Shown here in pieces: positions 10,758-25,700 of a stretch of 47,285 nt of DNA. This DNA is from Nemertoderma westbladi (lineage: Eukaryota; Animalia; Xenacoelomorpha), in assembly GCA_032718475.1 (NCBI GenBank), contig JAUCBJ010009148.1, positions 1 through 47,285 of the forward strand, read 5' to 3'. Positions within the stretch are counted from its first letter, which is position 1. Each line of letters starts with the position of its first letter. Made by a program: the position numbers and the translations under genes. The notes beneath the pieces were generated by a model. It was given only the letters and a program-made list of their open reading frames with translations, was not told the origin of the DNA and searched no databases.

Positions 10758-13204
10758 GATAATGAGTTAAAATAAAATAAAATTGGGTCTGTGAATAAAA
10801 AGGTTTGACAATCATCTATACAGTACTTCAGATTAAAATCAAACAATCTATTAATTAATTAATTATACAATAAAATAAAATTGAATGGACAATACAAATG
10901 GAATAATTCTGATATTTTCACTGTTCAGGTTCCTGCAGACAAAAATAGAACAATCTCTATACAACAATCTCTATGCAGCAATCTGTATAAAATTCAAGAG
11001 ATTAGGAGAGGGTTGGGACATTTGGCATGTTTTTTGTCTAAAACGCTCATATCTTCCAATCTGTTTACTCATTTGTTTAATATGAATTCTCATTTTGTCC
11101 AGAATTTAATGGGCTATCTTTCAGTCATCGTTTGTACTGATTTTAAACAGATTTCGAAACGTTAGGTTCGATTTTGTCGACGGAGGTCAAACATGCCAAT
11201 TCTCCCAACACGTGGGGTCATTTGGCAGAGAGGACAGTGATATTTGGCATCCTATTTTAAACGCCATGTTCTATATACATTTACTACCTAATTTGCAAAT
11301 ATTTATCGTATATCGTATACTATAGTAACTACCAGCTGACAAGCTCCATTTACTTATTCTGTTAATCTTCTCAAAGTTTAACTTTTCGAGTAATTCAAAG
11401 AATTCCCCGGGCCGTTGATGGTCCCTTTACGTTGTTGTTTGCTGGAGGGTAGAGACAGGGGGGGAAACTCGACGTTTAACGATTAAGATTTATGATTAAA
11501 AGTTTATGGTTGGAATCCAATCGTGTAAAAAATAAAATATACAATAAATATTTAGTAACAATGTTTATGATATTTATAATTGTTCGTAGTGAAGCATAAC
11601 TAAACGGCAGTTCATTCTAAATCATCTAGTTTACATACCAAGTACATGAGTTATCAATATCGTAGGCCCACAGTTAGTCAGAGTAAAAATACCTCCAGAA
11701 GAAGTCTCTAAGTCTCGCCTTTATGCCAACCCTGACGAGAAATTAAACATGAAGGTAAAGCATTAGCTAGTAAATGTGCACGATACCAAAAGTTTAGTTC
11801 ACACCGAGAACCTTTCGTGGTATATTCAATTTGATTGTTAATATGCCTGTTTGTACGAGATGATGCAAGATCACTGGGTATGATCGATGCAGTATGAAGT
11901 TATACCGATGATTTATAATTTTTGAGAGTGAAATAAAGACCAGTGAACTGAATATATATAATATATATAGAGATATACTTATACTGTAGGTTAAATATTT
12001 AGATGGATTAATCTATTTATATATGATATGTTTGGATATACCAATATCAAATCCGATACAGTATGCGACGCTGAGCCGACTCGACTGATTTGAGAGCCGC
12101 TTAACAACATAAACCAATATTGGTTGATGAGTACCATTTTGGAGTTGGCCTTGCAGACACTGAAGTTGCAATAACTTTTAAGTGCGTGCATGATTGATTA
12201 CTTTTTCCCTAGAGAAAAAAAAGAAAAGTAAACTTTTGCTCCCGATTGTAGGGAATATTCGAGCGAAAAAGTACAATTTAAAAAATAAAATAACATTAAC
12301 CCCTTCCATTTCTCCATACCGGGTAAGAGGAATGGAGGAGTAACAACTAAAAGAACAGTACGGCACCTTCAATAGGGTATGGTAGTCGAACTGGCTGGAA
12401 TATCAAGTCATGGATAAATTAGGAAGATGAGCAAAGATGCAATGGATAGTACCGCAGGTGAGTGATGGGACTGGGACCCAATGTCAGATGATACAATCCC
12501 GGGGGGAGGTACTGTAGTACAGTAGCTTCCCAATGGAGATAATTTAAAGAAGTGATGCTTGCTTACATTATTGGGGGGGAAAAAAGCAATAAAATTGACT
12601 GTTTTTAAGACGGAATACATTATGGTAGGCAGCTGATGCACGCCTGGATGGTAGGAGTGGGGACTGGCGCACATAACCATGTTGTTTTCTTATAGGCCTA
12701 CAGTTTTTACCGTGCGGACCAAACATCTAGGCGTTAAGTGTAGAAACTTGGTAAGTTTTGATAGCGCTATAGCGCTCGAAGTAAAACGTTCTCCAAAATT
12801 AATACTGAAGTACAAATATTGAGCCAGACTTCAGAGAGAATAAGTGTGGCTTTTAGAAGACTGCACCTCAGGTATACTGAATAATGGTAGGCCTATACTG
12901 AAATTACGTCGTTGCCACAGCTACGAAGTAAACACTTCGATATTATTTATCCAACTTTATTCTAACGTATAAATTGGTAATTAAATACATATCTGTGGCA
13001 TTTATTTTATTTTATTTTATATTATATTATTACACTTATATTTTTAACACTTTACCGGTAGCTATACTTATTTTTTTAGCAATTATTTAAGAATTTTAAT
13101 TAAAATACTCGATATCAAATATCATATTGAATTTCCAATGATACTTAACATTTTGTATCGACACGTAAAAATGTAATGATCTTTTAGACTCTTTAAGCCA
13201 GAGA

Positions 13205-13410
13205 ATGCCAGGTCACACACTACTACCATGGGTGATCTTGCACTGCACAGTTAATCCAGTTATCCCGTTTCTCACTTAACCCGTCAAGGATGAAAACCTG
13301 GGTTGGGCTAGGCTATAGCATTTACAACAATATGCCCAAAGAGTGCAGCCCCATCTAGGGATCGAACCAGGGACTCCTGATTGGAATCACATGAATGTTA
13401 CAAGCGTTAG
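13205..13410 (-). mobile_element. Decayed tRNA-derived SINE
   Basis: The minus strand has a B box GGTTCGATCCC (~13358-13371), followed by CTTTGGGCA and a TTCATCCTT..CGGG core-like segment resembling the one at 38519-38566. Confidence 0.5.
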
Positions 13411-14748
13411 TGATTTAAAATAATAGCAATCCGCATTTAAAACAGTAATAGTCTCTTAACATCATATTATAATGCAAAGATAATATAAATAAGTTATTAA
13501 AATGTAAAGAAAGTTTTAAAATTTTTTAATAAAGGTTATATAAGGGAAAACCTATGTAATATCAGCTGTGAGAAGTGTGAATCAATATTTTGATATCTAT
13601 ATTTGATATAACAAATTTAAAATTATCTATATTTCCACCACCAATTTGGAGAGTTTAAAGTATGAAATTTGCAATGGAGAACACATTATAACATTGTTAC
13701 TTATATTAGAGTACTACTGTATTGACGCAAGTCCCATCTCGGAGAATTAACAATGTTAATAATAAATTAAGGGAAAAGATCAGTTTTCGGTGTACGGCAT
13801 AATTTTCAAACCAAAACAATAAACTAACGACAATACAACAGGTTACAGTTTTATTTTTACTGTTAATCAATCAGCTGTCATTTTTCACAGGATAGTGATT
13901 ACTTTTGATTGTGTCCAGAGTACTAAGCCCCCCCCCCCCCCCCCCATCCCACAGCTGTTGTATGATTAGCGACCTTGCATTGTAGCTAGATTTCAACTCG
14001 TACGTAAATATTGCAGGTTCTTGAGCTGATCAGCCATATTCTCCGAAAGCCACCAGAATGAGCTGCTACAGTATAAAGCTAGCAACACAGCCGCTGCAAA
14101 GCGCTAATAGTGTTTCCAAAACTGCTGCAACCACATGCCTTTAGCTACAACAGGCCGTATCTCTATTCTAATGGTACGAACAGCTAATTCGAAAGCATTC
14201 CCTTAACGATGTGACTATATTTTGTGACAGATTGTAGCTAATGACGCGAAATATTACACTATACGCCCACTCTCCGCAATGGTGGCGGGTATGCCCGAAC
14301 AATTACGTTGCAATGCAACCTTTCAGACAATTTAATGATGTTTTGGTGTTACTCCTTCTGCAGACACTGCTTAATCATGTTCGTGTGTTGATGACATTTT
14401 TATTAACAATATAATATTTTGATTCTCGTTCAATTACGAATTAATGAACTTCTATCTAAAACGTAAGAGTTTCTTTGAAAGTTTAAGTAAAAGAGGGTAC
14501 AATTTAATTTCAAATGAAAAGGTTACTATTCAGCGTTAATGACCCGTTGTTTTTATAATATGTACTGTATAACACTAAATATAAACTAAATAATAACGTT
14601 GAAAAGCTATACTTTTCACACAATGAGGTAAATATTTATTGGTTGAAGGAATGGAATACGGTACTAGATTAAAACGGAATCACATTTAATTGCCCCCTTG
14701 ATGCCACCAACATTATTTGATAATGTTGAAAAAATTGTAACTCCTTAA

Positions 14749-16173
14749 CCCTATTACCACTGGGGGGGGGGGGGGGGGGGGGGGGGTGGGGAATCGCCCC
14801 ATTCCTAGTTTTTAGTTGCTGTAACTATGCAACCACATTACGTACTGGCCCAATTTTTGTTGAGAATTAGGCAAATTTAATGCCGCATCTTTTGCAAAAA
14901 ACGACGTTGCAATTGGATTTCTACTTTTCGATGTGGGTGCCACCTCAAAATTTGGTCTCCAGCACCAAATTTTTTGAAATTTTCGAATTTTACAAAGTCA
15001 TTCGTGATTTAGTAATTATTTATGTTTGGGCTATTTTTATTTATTTTTATTGGTTTGGATCACTCTGATGCTCTATACATGTATGTAAGTGTAGTGGTAC
15101 GTCACTTTTGGAGCACCAAAATTAGGGCGTGGCACTTTAAAATTTCAAAATTACTTTATTCGGAAAATTTACTAAAGTTTTGATTTCGAAGCATTTTTAT
15201 TGGTTCTCTGGAGCGCTGAATCGATTGAAAGTAATATAGAAGCCTCAAATCCTTGGTGTACGTAATTTTCGGTGCACCAAAATTAGGGCGTGGCACGTCA
15301 AATTTTGAAAAATATGAGATTCGGAAAATACACCAAAGTTTTGATTTGCAAAGCATTTTTATAGGTTTTCTGGAGCGCTGAATCGATTGAAAGTAATATA
15401 GAAGCCTCAAATCCTTGGTGTACGTAATTTTCGGTACACCAAAATTAGGGCGTGGCACTTCAAATTTTCAAAATTACTTTATTCGGAAAAAACACTAAAG
15501 TTTGGATTTCAAAAAATGGCTAACCTCTAAGTCTTCAGGTTTCTATACTACTTTCAATCGATTCAGCGGTCTAGAAAACCTATATAAATGCCTTAAAATT
15601 TCAATTTTGGTTTATTTTCCGAATCTCGTATTTTTCAAAATTTGAAGTGCCACGCCCTAATTTTGGCGCACCAAAAATGGCGAACCACTAAGTCTTCAGG
15701 CTTCTATATTACTTCAATCGATTCAGCGGCCCAGAAAACCTATAAAGATGCGTTGAAATAAAAAATTAGGGGCATTTTCTGAATATCTAATTTTTCAAAA
15801 TTTGAAGTGCACGAAAAATAGCATCCACGTCAATTTTTGGAAATGGAATATAATCACATTCGATTCAGCGTCTTGAAAAACCTACTAAATCTAGCCAACA
15901 CTGCAACACCATTAGTTTTTAGAAAACGAAAAATTTTGTAATTTTGTCCTGGGACTACTTTTATTTTTCATCAAAATTATGAGTCCCTGCTTATGAAATT
16001 TTAACTTTTTAAGGTTTGGTAGTGTCCATCTATAGTTGTTTCACCAACAGCCCCAATTTTGCAGGATTTCATTGGACGATTACAAAAATATAGAGGGAGG
16101 GCCAAATCACCCCCCCCCCCCCCCCCCCCCCCCCAGTGGTTCTAATGGTCAAAACACCCCAGTGGTAATAGGG
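14749..16173. mobile_element. Non-autonomous piggyBac-like DNA transposon (1425 bp)
   Basis: Perfect 17-bp TIR CCCTATTACCACTGGGG (14749-14765) / CCCCAGTGGTAATAGGG (16157-16173), flanked by TTAA on both sides (14745-14748 and 16174-16177). Internal ~161-bp direct and inverted repeats; no transposase. Confidence 0.85.
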
Positions 16174-16300
16174 TTAACATACAATAGACACCATGGTGTT
16201 AGCTAGTCCTTCTATTAGAAGGAGCAAATGGTCCTCCCATGCCAAAATATTGATGTAACATATTCATAAACTGAGAGAGAATTTCCTCTAACCGAAGTGT

Positions 16301-16462
16301 CAATAACTATTTTACATAATTGTGTGAAAAGTAGTAAATCTCTGCGTTATGACCCGAGTGTATTTATGTAGTGAGCGAGCGCACCAAGGGAGGTTTACAT
16401 CAATATTATAATGGTCATAAACACTGAAAGGGCCTTTATCACACGACTGTAATATAAAATTT
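16301..16462 (+). mobile_element. Second, more diverged copy of the foldback MITE
   Basis: ATAACTATTTTACATAATTGTGTGAAAAGTAG...TATTTATGTAGTGAGCGAGCGCACCAAGGGAGGTTTA aligns to the reverse complement of 10600-10757. Confidence 0.65.
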
Positions 16463-19400
16463 CAGCTAATTTGTATTGACGACAATATTTGAACAACATT
16501 GGTCTCAAGGGATACCACATGGTTCCGTCTTACTCTGGTATAACATGGTTCCGTCTAAATCTAGTATAACATGGTTCCGTCTTACTCTAGTATAACATGT
16601 TCCGTCTTACTCTAGTACCGTATAACATGGTTCCGTCTTACTCTAGAATAACATGGTTCCGTGTTACTCTGGTATAACATGGTTCCGTCTTAGACTAGTA
16701 TAACATGGTTCCGTCTTACTCTAGTATAACATGGTTCCGTATTACTCTAGTATAACATGGTTCCGTCTTACTCCAGTATAACATGGTTCCGTCTTACTCT
16801 GTATAACATGGTTCTGTCTTACTCTAGTATAACATGGTTCCGTCTTACTCTAGTATAACATGTTCCGTCTTACTCTGTATAACATGGTTCTGTCTTACTC
16901 TAGTATAACATGGTTCCGTCTTACTCTAGTATAACATGTTCCGTCTTACTCTAGTACCGTATAACATGGTTCCGTCTTACTCTAGAATAACATGGTTCCG
17001 TGTTACTCTGGTATAACATGGTTCCGTCTTAGACTAGTATAACATGGTTCTGTCTTACTCTAGTATAACATGGTTCCGTTCTAATTTAGTATAACATGGT
17101 TCCGTCTTACTCTTGTATAACATGGTTCCGTCTTACTCTAGTATAACATGGTTCCGTCTTACTCTAGTATAACATGGTTCCGTCTTACTCTAGTATAACA
17201 TGGCTCCGTCTTACTATAGTATAACATGGTTCTGTCTTACTCTAGTATAACATGGTTCCGTCTTACTACAGTATAACATGGTTCCGTCTTACTCTAGTAT
17301 AAGATGGTTCCGTTCTACTCTAGTATAACATGTTCCGTTTTACTCTAGTATAACATGGTTCTGTCTTACTCTAGTATAACATGATTCCGTCATACTCTAG
17401 TATAAAATGGTTCCGTTCTAATTTAGTATAACATGGTTCCGTCTTACTCTAGTATAACATGGTTCCGCCTTACTCTAGTAAAACATGGTTCCGTCTTACT
17501 CTAGTAAAACATGGTTCCGTCTTACTCTAGTATAACATGGTTCCGTTCTACTATAGTATAACACGGTTCCGTCTTACTCTGGTATAACATGGTTCCGTCT
17601 TACTCTGTATAACATGGTTCTGTCTTACTCTAGTATAACATGGTTCCGTTCTACTCTAGTAAAACATGGTTCCGTCATACTCTAGTATAACATGGTTCCG
17701 TCTTACTCTAGTATAACATGGTTCCGTCTTACTCCAGTATAACATGGTTCCGTCTTACTCTGTATAACATGGTTCTGTCTTACTCTAGTATAACATGGTT
17801 CCGTTCTACTCTAGTATAACATGGTTCTGTCTTACTCTAGTATAACATGGTTCCGTTCTAATTTAGTATAACATGGTTCCGTCTTACTCTAGTATAACAT
17901 GGTTCCGTCGTACTCTAGTATAACATGGCTCCGTCTTCCTCTGTATAACATGGTTCCGTCTTACTCTAGTAACATGGTTCCGTCTTAATCTAGTATAACA
18001 TGGTTCCGTTTTACTCTAGGATAACATGGTTCCGTTTTACTCTAGTATAACATGGTTCTGTCTTACTCTAGTATAACATGGTTCCGTCTTACTCTAGTAT
18101 AACATGGTTCTGTCTTACTATAGTATAACATGGTTCCGTCTTACTCTAGTAACATGGCTCCGTCTTCCTCTAGTATAACATGGTGCTGTCTTACTCTAGT
18201 ATAACATGGTTCTGTTTTACTCTAGTATAACATGGTTCCGTTTTACTGTACATAGTATAACATGGTTCTGTCTTACTCTAGTATAACATGGTTCCGTCTT
18301 ACTCTAGTATAACATGGTTCTGTCTTACTCTAGTATAACATGGTTTCGTCTTACTCTAGTATAACATGGTTCCGTCTTACTATAGTATAACATGGTTCCG
18401 TCTTAATATAGTATAACATGGTTCCGTTTTACTCTAGTATAACATGTTCCGTTTTACTCTAGTATAACATGGTTCTGTCTTAGTCTAGTATAACATAGTT
18501 CTGCCTTACTCTAGTATAACATGGTTCCGTCTTACTCTAGTATAACATGGTTCCGCCTTACTCTAGTATAACATGGTTCCGTCTTACTCTAGTATAACAT
18601 GGTTCCGCCTTACTCTAGTATAACATGGTTCCGTCTTAGTCTAGTATAACATGGTTTCGTCTTACTATAGTATAACATGGTTCCGTCTTAATATAGTATA
18701 ACATGGTTCCGTTTTACTCTAGTATAACATGGTTCCGCCTTACTCTAGTATAACATGGTTCCGTCTTAGTCTAGTATAACATGGTTTCGTCTTACTATAG
18801 TATAACATGGTTCTGCCTTACTCTAGTATAACATGGTTCCGTCTTACTCTAGTATAACATGGTTCCGCCTTACTCTAGTATAACAGGGTTCCGTCTTAGT
18901 CTAGTATAACATGGTTTCGTCTTACTATAGTATAACATGGTTCCGTCTTAATATAGTATAACATGGTTCCGTTTTACTCTAGTATAACATGGTTCCGCCT
19001 TACTCTAGTATAACATGGTTCCGTCTTAGTCTAGTATAACATGGTTTCGTCTTACTATAGTATAACATAGTTCTGCCTTACTCTAGTATAACATGGTTCC
19101 GTCTTACTCTAGTATAACATGGTTCCGCCTTACTCTAGTATAACATGGTTCCGTCTTAGTCTAGTATAACATGGTTTCGTCTTACTATAGTATAACATGG
19201 TTCCGTCTTAATATAGTATAACATGGTTCCGTTTTACTCTAGTATAACATGGTTCCGCCTTACTCTAGTATAACATGGTTCCCCCTTACTCTAGTATAAC
19301 ATGGTTCCGTCTTACTCTAGTATAACATGGTTCCGCCTTACTCTAGTATAACATGGTTCCGTCTTACTCTAGTATAACATGGTTCCGCCTTACTCTAGTA

Positions 19401-22400
19401 TAACATGGTTCCGTCTTAGTCTAGTATAACATGGTTTCGTCTTACTATAGTATAACATGGTTCCGTCTTAATATAGTATAACATGGTTCCGTTTTACTCT
19501 AGTATAACATGGTTCCGCCTTACTCTAGTATAACATGGTTCCGTCTTAGTCTAGTATAACATGGTTTCGTCTTACTATAGTATAACATGGTTCTGCCTTA
19601 CTCTAGTATAACATGGTTCCGTCTTACTCTAGTATAACATGGTTCCGCCTTACTCTAGTATAACATGGTTCCGTCTTAGTCTAGTATAACATGGTTTCGT
19701 CTTACTATAGTATAACATGGTTCCGTCTTAATATAGTATAACATGGTTCCGTTTTACTCTAGTATAACATGGTTCCGCCTTACTCTAGTATAACATGGTT
19801 CCGTCTTAGTCTAGTATAACATGGTTTCGTCTTACTATAGTATAACATGGTTCCGTCTTAATATAGTATAACATGGTTCCGTTTTACTCTAGTATAACAT
19901 GGTTCCGCCTTACTCTAGTATAACATGGTTCCGTCTTACTCTAGTATAACATGGTTCCGTCTTACTCTAGTATAACATGGTTCCGCCTTACTCTAGTATA
20001 ACATGGTTCTGTCTTAGTCTAGTATAACATAGTTCTGCCTTACTCTAGTATAACATGGTTCCGTCTTACTCTAGTATAACATGGTTCCGCCTTACTCTAG
20101 TATAACATGGTTCTGTCTTACTCTAGTATAACATGGTTCCGTCTTACTCTAGTATAACATGGTTCCGTCTTACTCTAGTATAACATGGTTCCGCCTTACT
20201 CTAGTATAACATGGTTCCGTCTTACTCTAGTATAACATGGTTCCGTCTTACTCTAGTATAACATGGTTCCGTCTTACTCTAGTATAACATGGTTCCGTCT
20301 TACTCTAGTATAACATGGTTCCGCCTTACTCTAGTATAACATGGTTCCGTCTTACTCTAGTATAACATAGTTCTGCCTTACTCTAGTATAACATGGTTCC
20401 GTCTTACTCTAGTATAACATGGTTCCGCCTTACTCTAGTATAACATGGTTCCGTCTTACTCTAGTATAACATGGTTCCGTCTTACTCTAGTATAACATGG
20501 TTCCGTCTTACTCTAGTATAACATGGTTCCGTCTTACTCTAGTATAACATGGTTCCGCCTTACTCTAGTATAACATGGTTCCGTCTTACTCTAGTATAAC
20601 ATAGTTCTGCCTTACTCTAGTATAACATGGTTCCGTCTTACTCTAGTATAACATGGTTCCGCCTTACTCTAGTATAACATGGTTCCGTCTTACTCTAGTA
20701 TAACATGGTTCCGTCTTACTCTAGTATAACATGGTTCCGTCTTAATCTAGTATAACATGGTTCTGTCTTACTCCAGTATAACATGGTTCCGTCTTACTCT
20801 AGTATAACATGGTTTCGTCTTACTATAGTATAACATGGTTCCGTCTTACTCTAGTATAACATGGTTTCGTCTTACTATTGTATACCATGGTTCCGTCTTA
20901 CTCTAGTATAACATGGTTCCGCCTTACTCTAGTATAAAATGGTTCTGTCTCACTCTAGTATAACTTGGTTCCGTTTTGCTCTGGTATAACATGTTCCGTT
21001 TTACTCTAGTATAACATGGTTCCGCCTTACTCTAGTATAACATGGTTTCGTCTTACTATTGTATAACATGGTTCCGTCTTACTCTAGTATATCATGGTTC
21101 CGTTTTACTCTAGTATAACATGTTCCGCTTTACTGTATTATAAAATGGTTCTGTCTTACTCTAGTATAACATGGTTCCGTCTTACTCTAGTATAACATGG
21201 TTCCGTCTTACTCTAGTATAACATGGTTCCGTCTTACTCTAGTATAACATGGTTCTGTCTTACTCTAGTATAACATGGTTCCGTCTTACTATAGTATAAC
21301 ATGGTTCCGTTTTACTCTAGTATAACATGTTCCGTTTTACTCTAGTATAACATGGTTCTGTCTTAGTCTAGTATAACATGGTTCCGTCTTACTCTAGTAT
21401 AACATGGTTTCGTCTTACTATTGTATAACATGGTTCCGTCTTACTATAGTATAACATGGTTCCGTCTTACTCTAGTATAACATGGTTCCGTCTTACTCTA
21501 GTATAACATGGTTCCGTCTTACTCTAGTATAACATGGTTCCGTCTTACTCTAGTATAACATGGTTCCGCCTTACTCTAGTATAAAATGGTTCTGTCTCAC
21601 TCTAGTATAACTTGGTTCCGTTTTACTCTAGTATAACATGTTCCGTTTTACTCTAGTATAACATGGTTCCGCCTTACTCTAGTATAACATGGTTTCGTCT
21701 TACTATTGTATAACATGGTTCCGTCTTACTCTAGTATATCATGGTTCCGTTTTACTCTAGTATAACATGTTCCGTTTTACTGTATTATAAAATGGTTCTG
21801 TCTTACTCTAGTATAACATGGTTCCGTCTTACTCTAGTATAACATGGTTCCGTCTTACTCTAGTATAACATGGTTCCGTCTTACTCTAGTATAACATGGT
21901 TCTGTCTTACTCTAGTATAACATGGTTCCGTCTTACTATAGTATAACATGGTTCCGTTTTACTCTAGTATAACATGTTCCGTTTTACTCTAGTATAACAT
22001 GGTTCTGTCTTAGTCTAGTATAACATGGTTCCGTCTTACTCTAGTATAACATGGTTTCGTCTTACTATTGTATAACATGGTTCCGTCTTACTATAGTATA
22101 ACATGGTTCCGTCTTACTCTAGAAACATGGCTCCGTCTTACTCTAGTATAACATGGTTCCGTCTTACTCTAGTAACATGGCTCCGTCTTCCTCTAGTATA
22201 ACATGGTTCTGTCTTACTCTAGTATAACATGGTTTCGTCTTACTCTAGTATAACATGGTTCTGTCTTACTCTAGTATAACATGGTTCCGCCTTACTCTAG
22301 TATAACATGGTTCTGTCTAAATCTAGTATAACATGGTTCCGTCTTACTCTAGTATAACATGTTCCGTCTTACTCTAGTACCGTATAACATGGTTCCGTCT

Positions 22401-22731
22401 TACTCTAGAATAACATGGTTCCGTGTTACTCTGGTATAACATGGTTCCGTCTTAGACTAGTATAACATGGTTCCGTCTTACTCTAGTATAACATGGTTCC
22501 GTATTACTCTAGTATAACATGGTTCCGTCTTACTCCAGTATAACATGGTTCCGTCTTACTCTGTATAACATGGTTCTGTCTTACTCTAGTATAACATGGT
22601 TCCGTCTTACTCTAGTATAACATGTTCCGTCTTACTCTGTATAACATGGTTCTGTCTTACTCTAGTATAACATGGTTCCGTCTTACTCTAGTATAACATG
22701 TTCCGTCTTACTCTAGTACCGTATAACATGG

Positions 22732-25700
22732 TTCCTCTAACCGAAGTGTCAATAACTATTTTACATAATTGTGTGAAAAGTAGTAAATCTCTGCGTTATG
22801 ACCCGAGTGTATTTATGTAGTGAGCGAGCGCACCAAGGGAGGTTTACATCAATATTATAATGGTCATAAACACTGAAAGGGCCTTTATCACACGACTGTA
22901 ATATAAAATTTCAGCTAATTTGTATTGACGACAATATTTGAACAACATTGGTCTCAAGGGATACCACATGGTTCCGTCTTACTCTGGTATAACATGGTTC
23001 CGTCTAAATCTAGTATAACATGGTTCCGTCTTACTCTAGTATAACATGTTCCGTCTTACTCTAGTACCGTATAACATGGTTCCGTCTTACTCTAGAATAA
23101 CATGGTTCCGTGTTACTCTGGTATAACATGGTTCCGTCTTAGACTAGTATAACATGGTTCCGTCTTACTCTAGTATAACATGGTTCCGTATTACTCTAGT
23201 ATAACATGGTTCCGTCTTACTCCAGTATAACATGGTTCCGTCTTACTCTGTATAACATGGTTCTGTCTTACTCTAGTATAACATGGTTCCGTCTTACTCT
23301 AGTATAACATGTTCCGTCTTACTCTGTATAACATGGTTCTGTCTTACTCTAGTATAACATGGTTCCGTCTTACTCTAGTATAACATGTTCCGTCTTACTC
23401 TAGTACCGTATAACATGGTTCCGTCTTACTCTAGAATAACATGGTTCCGTGTTACTCTGGTATAACATGGTTCCGTCTTAGACTAGTATAACATGGTTCT
23501 GTCTTACTCTAGTATAACATGGTTCCGTTCTAATTTAGTATAACATGGTTCCGTCTTACTCTTGTATAACATGGTTCCGTCTTACTCTAGTATAACATGG
23601 TTCCGTCTTACTCTAGTATAACATGGTTCCGTCTTACTCTAGTATAACATGGCTCCGTCTTACTATAGTATAACATGGTTCTGTCTTACTCTAGTATAAC
23701 ATGGTTCCGTCTTACTACAGTATAACATGGTTCCGTCTTACTCTAGTATAAGATGGTTCCGTTCTACTCTAGTATAACATGTTCCGTTTTACTCTAGTAT
23801 AACATGGTTCTGTCTTACTCTAGTATAACATGATTCCGTCATACTCTAGTATAAAATGGTTCCGTTCTAATTTAGTATAACATGGTTCCGTCTTACTCTA
23901 GTATAACATGGTTCCGCCTTACTCTAGTAAAACATGGTTCCGTCTTACTCTAGTAAAACATGGTTCCGTCTTACTCTAGTATAACATGGTTCCGTTCTAC
24001 TATAGTATAACACGGTTCCGTCTTACTCTGGTATAACATGGTTCCGTCTTACTCTGTATAACATGGTTCTGTCTTACTCTAGTATAACATGGTTCCGTTC
24101 TACTCTAGTAAAACATGGTTCCGTCATACTCTAGTATAACATGGTTCCGTCTTACTCTAGTATAACATGGTTCCGTCTTACTCCAGTATAACATGGTTCC
24201 GTCTTACTCTGTATAACATGGTTCTGTCTTACTCTAGTATAACATGGTTCCGTTCTACTCTAGTATAACATGGTTCTGTCTTACTCTAGTATAACATGGT
24301 TCCGTTCTAATTTAGTATAACATGGTTCCGTCTTACTCTAGTATAACATGGTTCCGTCGTACTCTAGTATAACATGGCTCCGTCTTCCTCTGTATAACAT
24401 GGTTCCGTCTTACTCTAGTAACATGGTTCCGTCTTAATCTAGTATAACATGGTTCCGTTTTACTCTAGGATAACATGGTTCCGTTTTACTCTAGTATAAC
24501 ATGGTTCTGTCTTACTCTAGTATAACATGGTTCCGTCTTACTCTAGTATAACATGGTTCTGTCTTACTATAGTATAACATGGTTCCGTCTTACTCTAGTA
24601 ACATGGCTCCGTCTTCCTCTAGTATAACATGGTGCTGTCTTACTCTAGTATAACATGGTTCTGTTTTACTCTAGTATAACATGGTTCCGTTTTACTGTAC
24701 ATAGTATAACATGGTTCTGTCTTACTCTAGTATAACATGGTTCCGTCTTACTCTAGTATAACATGGTTCTGTCTTACTCTAGTATAACATGGTTTCGTCT
24801 TACTCTAGTATAACATGGTTCCGTCTTACTATAGTATAACATGGTTCCGTCTTAATATAGTATAACATGGTTCCGTTTTACTCTAGTATAACATGTTCCG
24901 TTTTACTCTAGTATAACATGGTTCTGTCTTAGTCTAGTATAACATAGTTCTGCCTTACTCTAGTATAACATGGTTCCGTCTTACTCTAGTATAACATGGT
25001 TCCGCCTTACTCTAGTATAACATGGTTCCGTCTTACTCTAGTATAACATGGTTCCGCCTTACTCTAGTATAACATGGTTCCGTCTTAGTCTAGTATAACA
25101 TGGTTTCGTCTTACTATAGTATAACATGGTTCCGTCTTAATATAGTATAACATGGTTCCGTTTTACTCTAGTATAACATGGTTCCGCCTTACTCTAGTAT
25201 AACATGGTTCCGTCTTAGTCTAGTATAACATGGTTTCGTCTTACTATAGTATAACATGGTTCTGCCTTACTCTAGTATAACATGGTTCCGTCTTACTCTA
25301 GTATAACATGGTTCCGCCTTACTCTAGTATAACAGGGTTCCGTCTTAGTCTAGTATAACATGGTTTCGTCTTACTATAGTATAACATGGTTCCGTCTTAA
25401 TATAGTATAACATGGTTCCGTTTTACTCTAGTATAACATGGTTCCGCCTTACTCTAGTATAACATGGTTCCGTCTTAGTCTAGTATAACATGGTTTCGTC
25501 TTACTATAGTATAACATAGTTCTGCCTTACTCTAGTATAACATGGTTCCGTCTTACTCTAGTATAACATGGTTCCGCCTTACTCTAGTATAACATGGTTC
25601 CGTCTTAGTCTAGTATAACATGGTTTCGTCTTACTATAGTATAACATGGTTCCGTCTTAATATAGTATAACATGGTTCCGTTTTACTCTAGTATAACATG

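Noticed and set aside
12429-12463. Small plus-strand first coding exon (ATG AGC AAA...GCA G|GTGAGT)
   Set aside because: The donor is good, but no downstream exon or homology is visible; insufficient support.
15156-15458. 100-aa ORF with an internal repeat
   Set aside because: It is a translation of the ~161-bp internal units of the piggyBac-like element.
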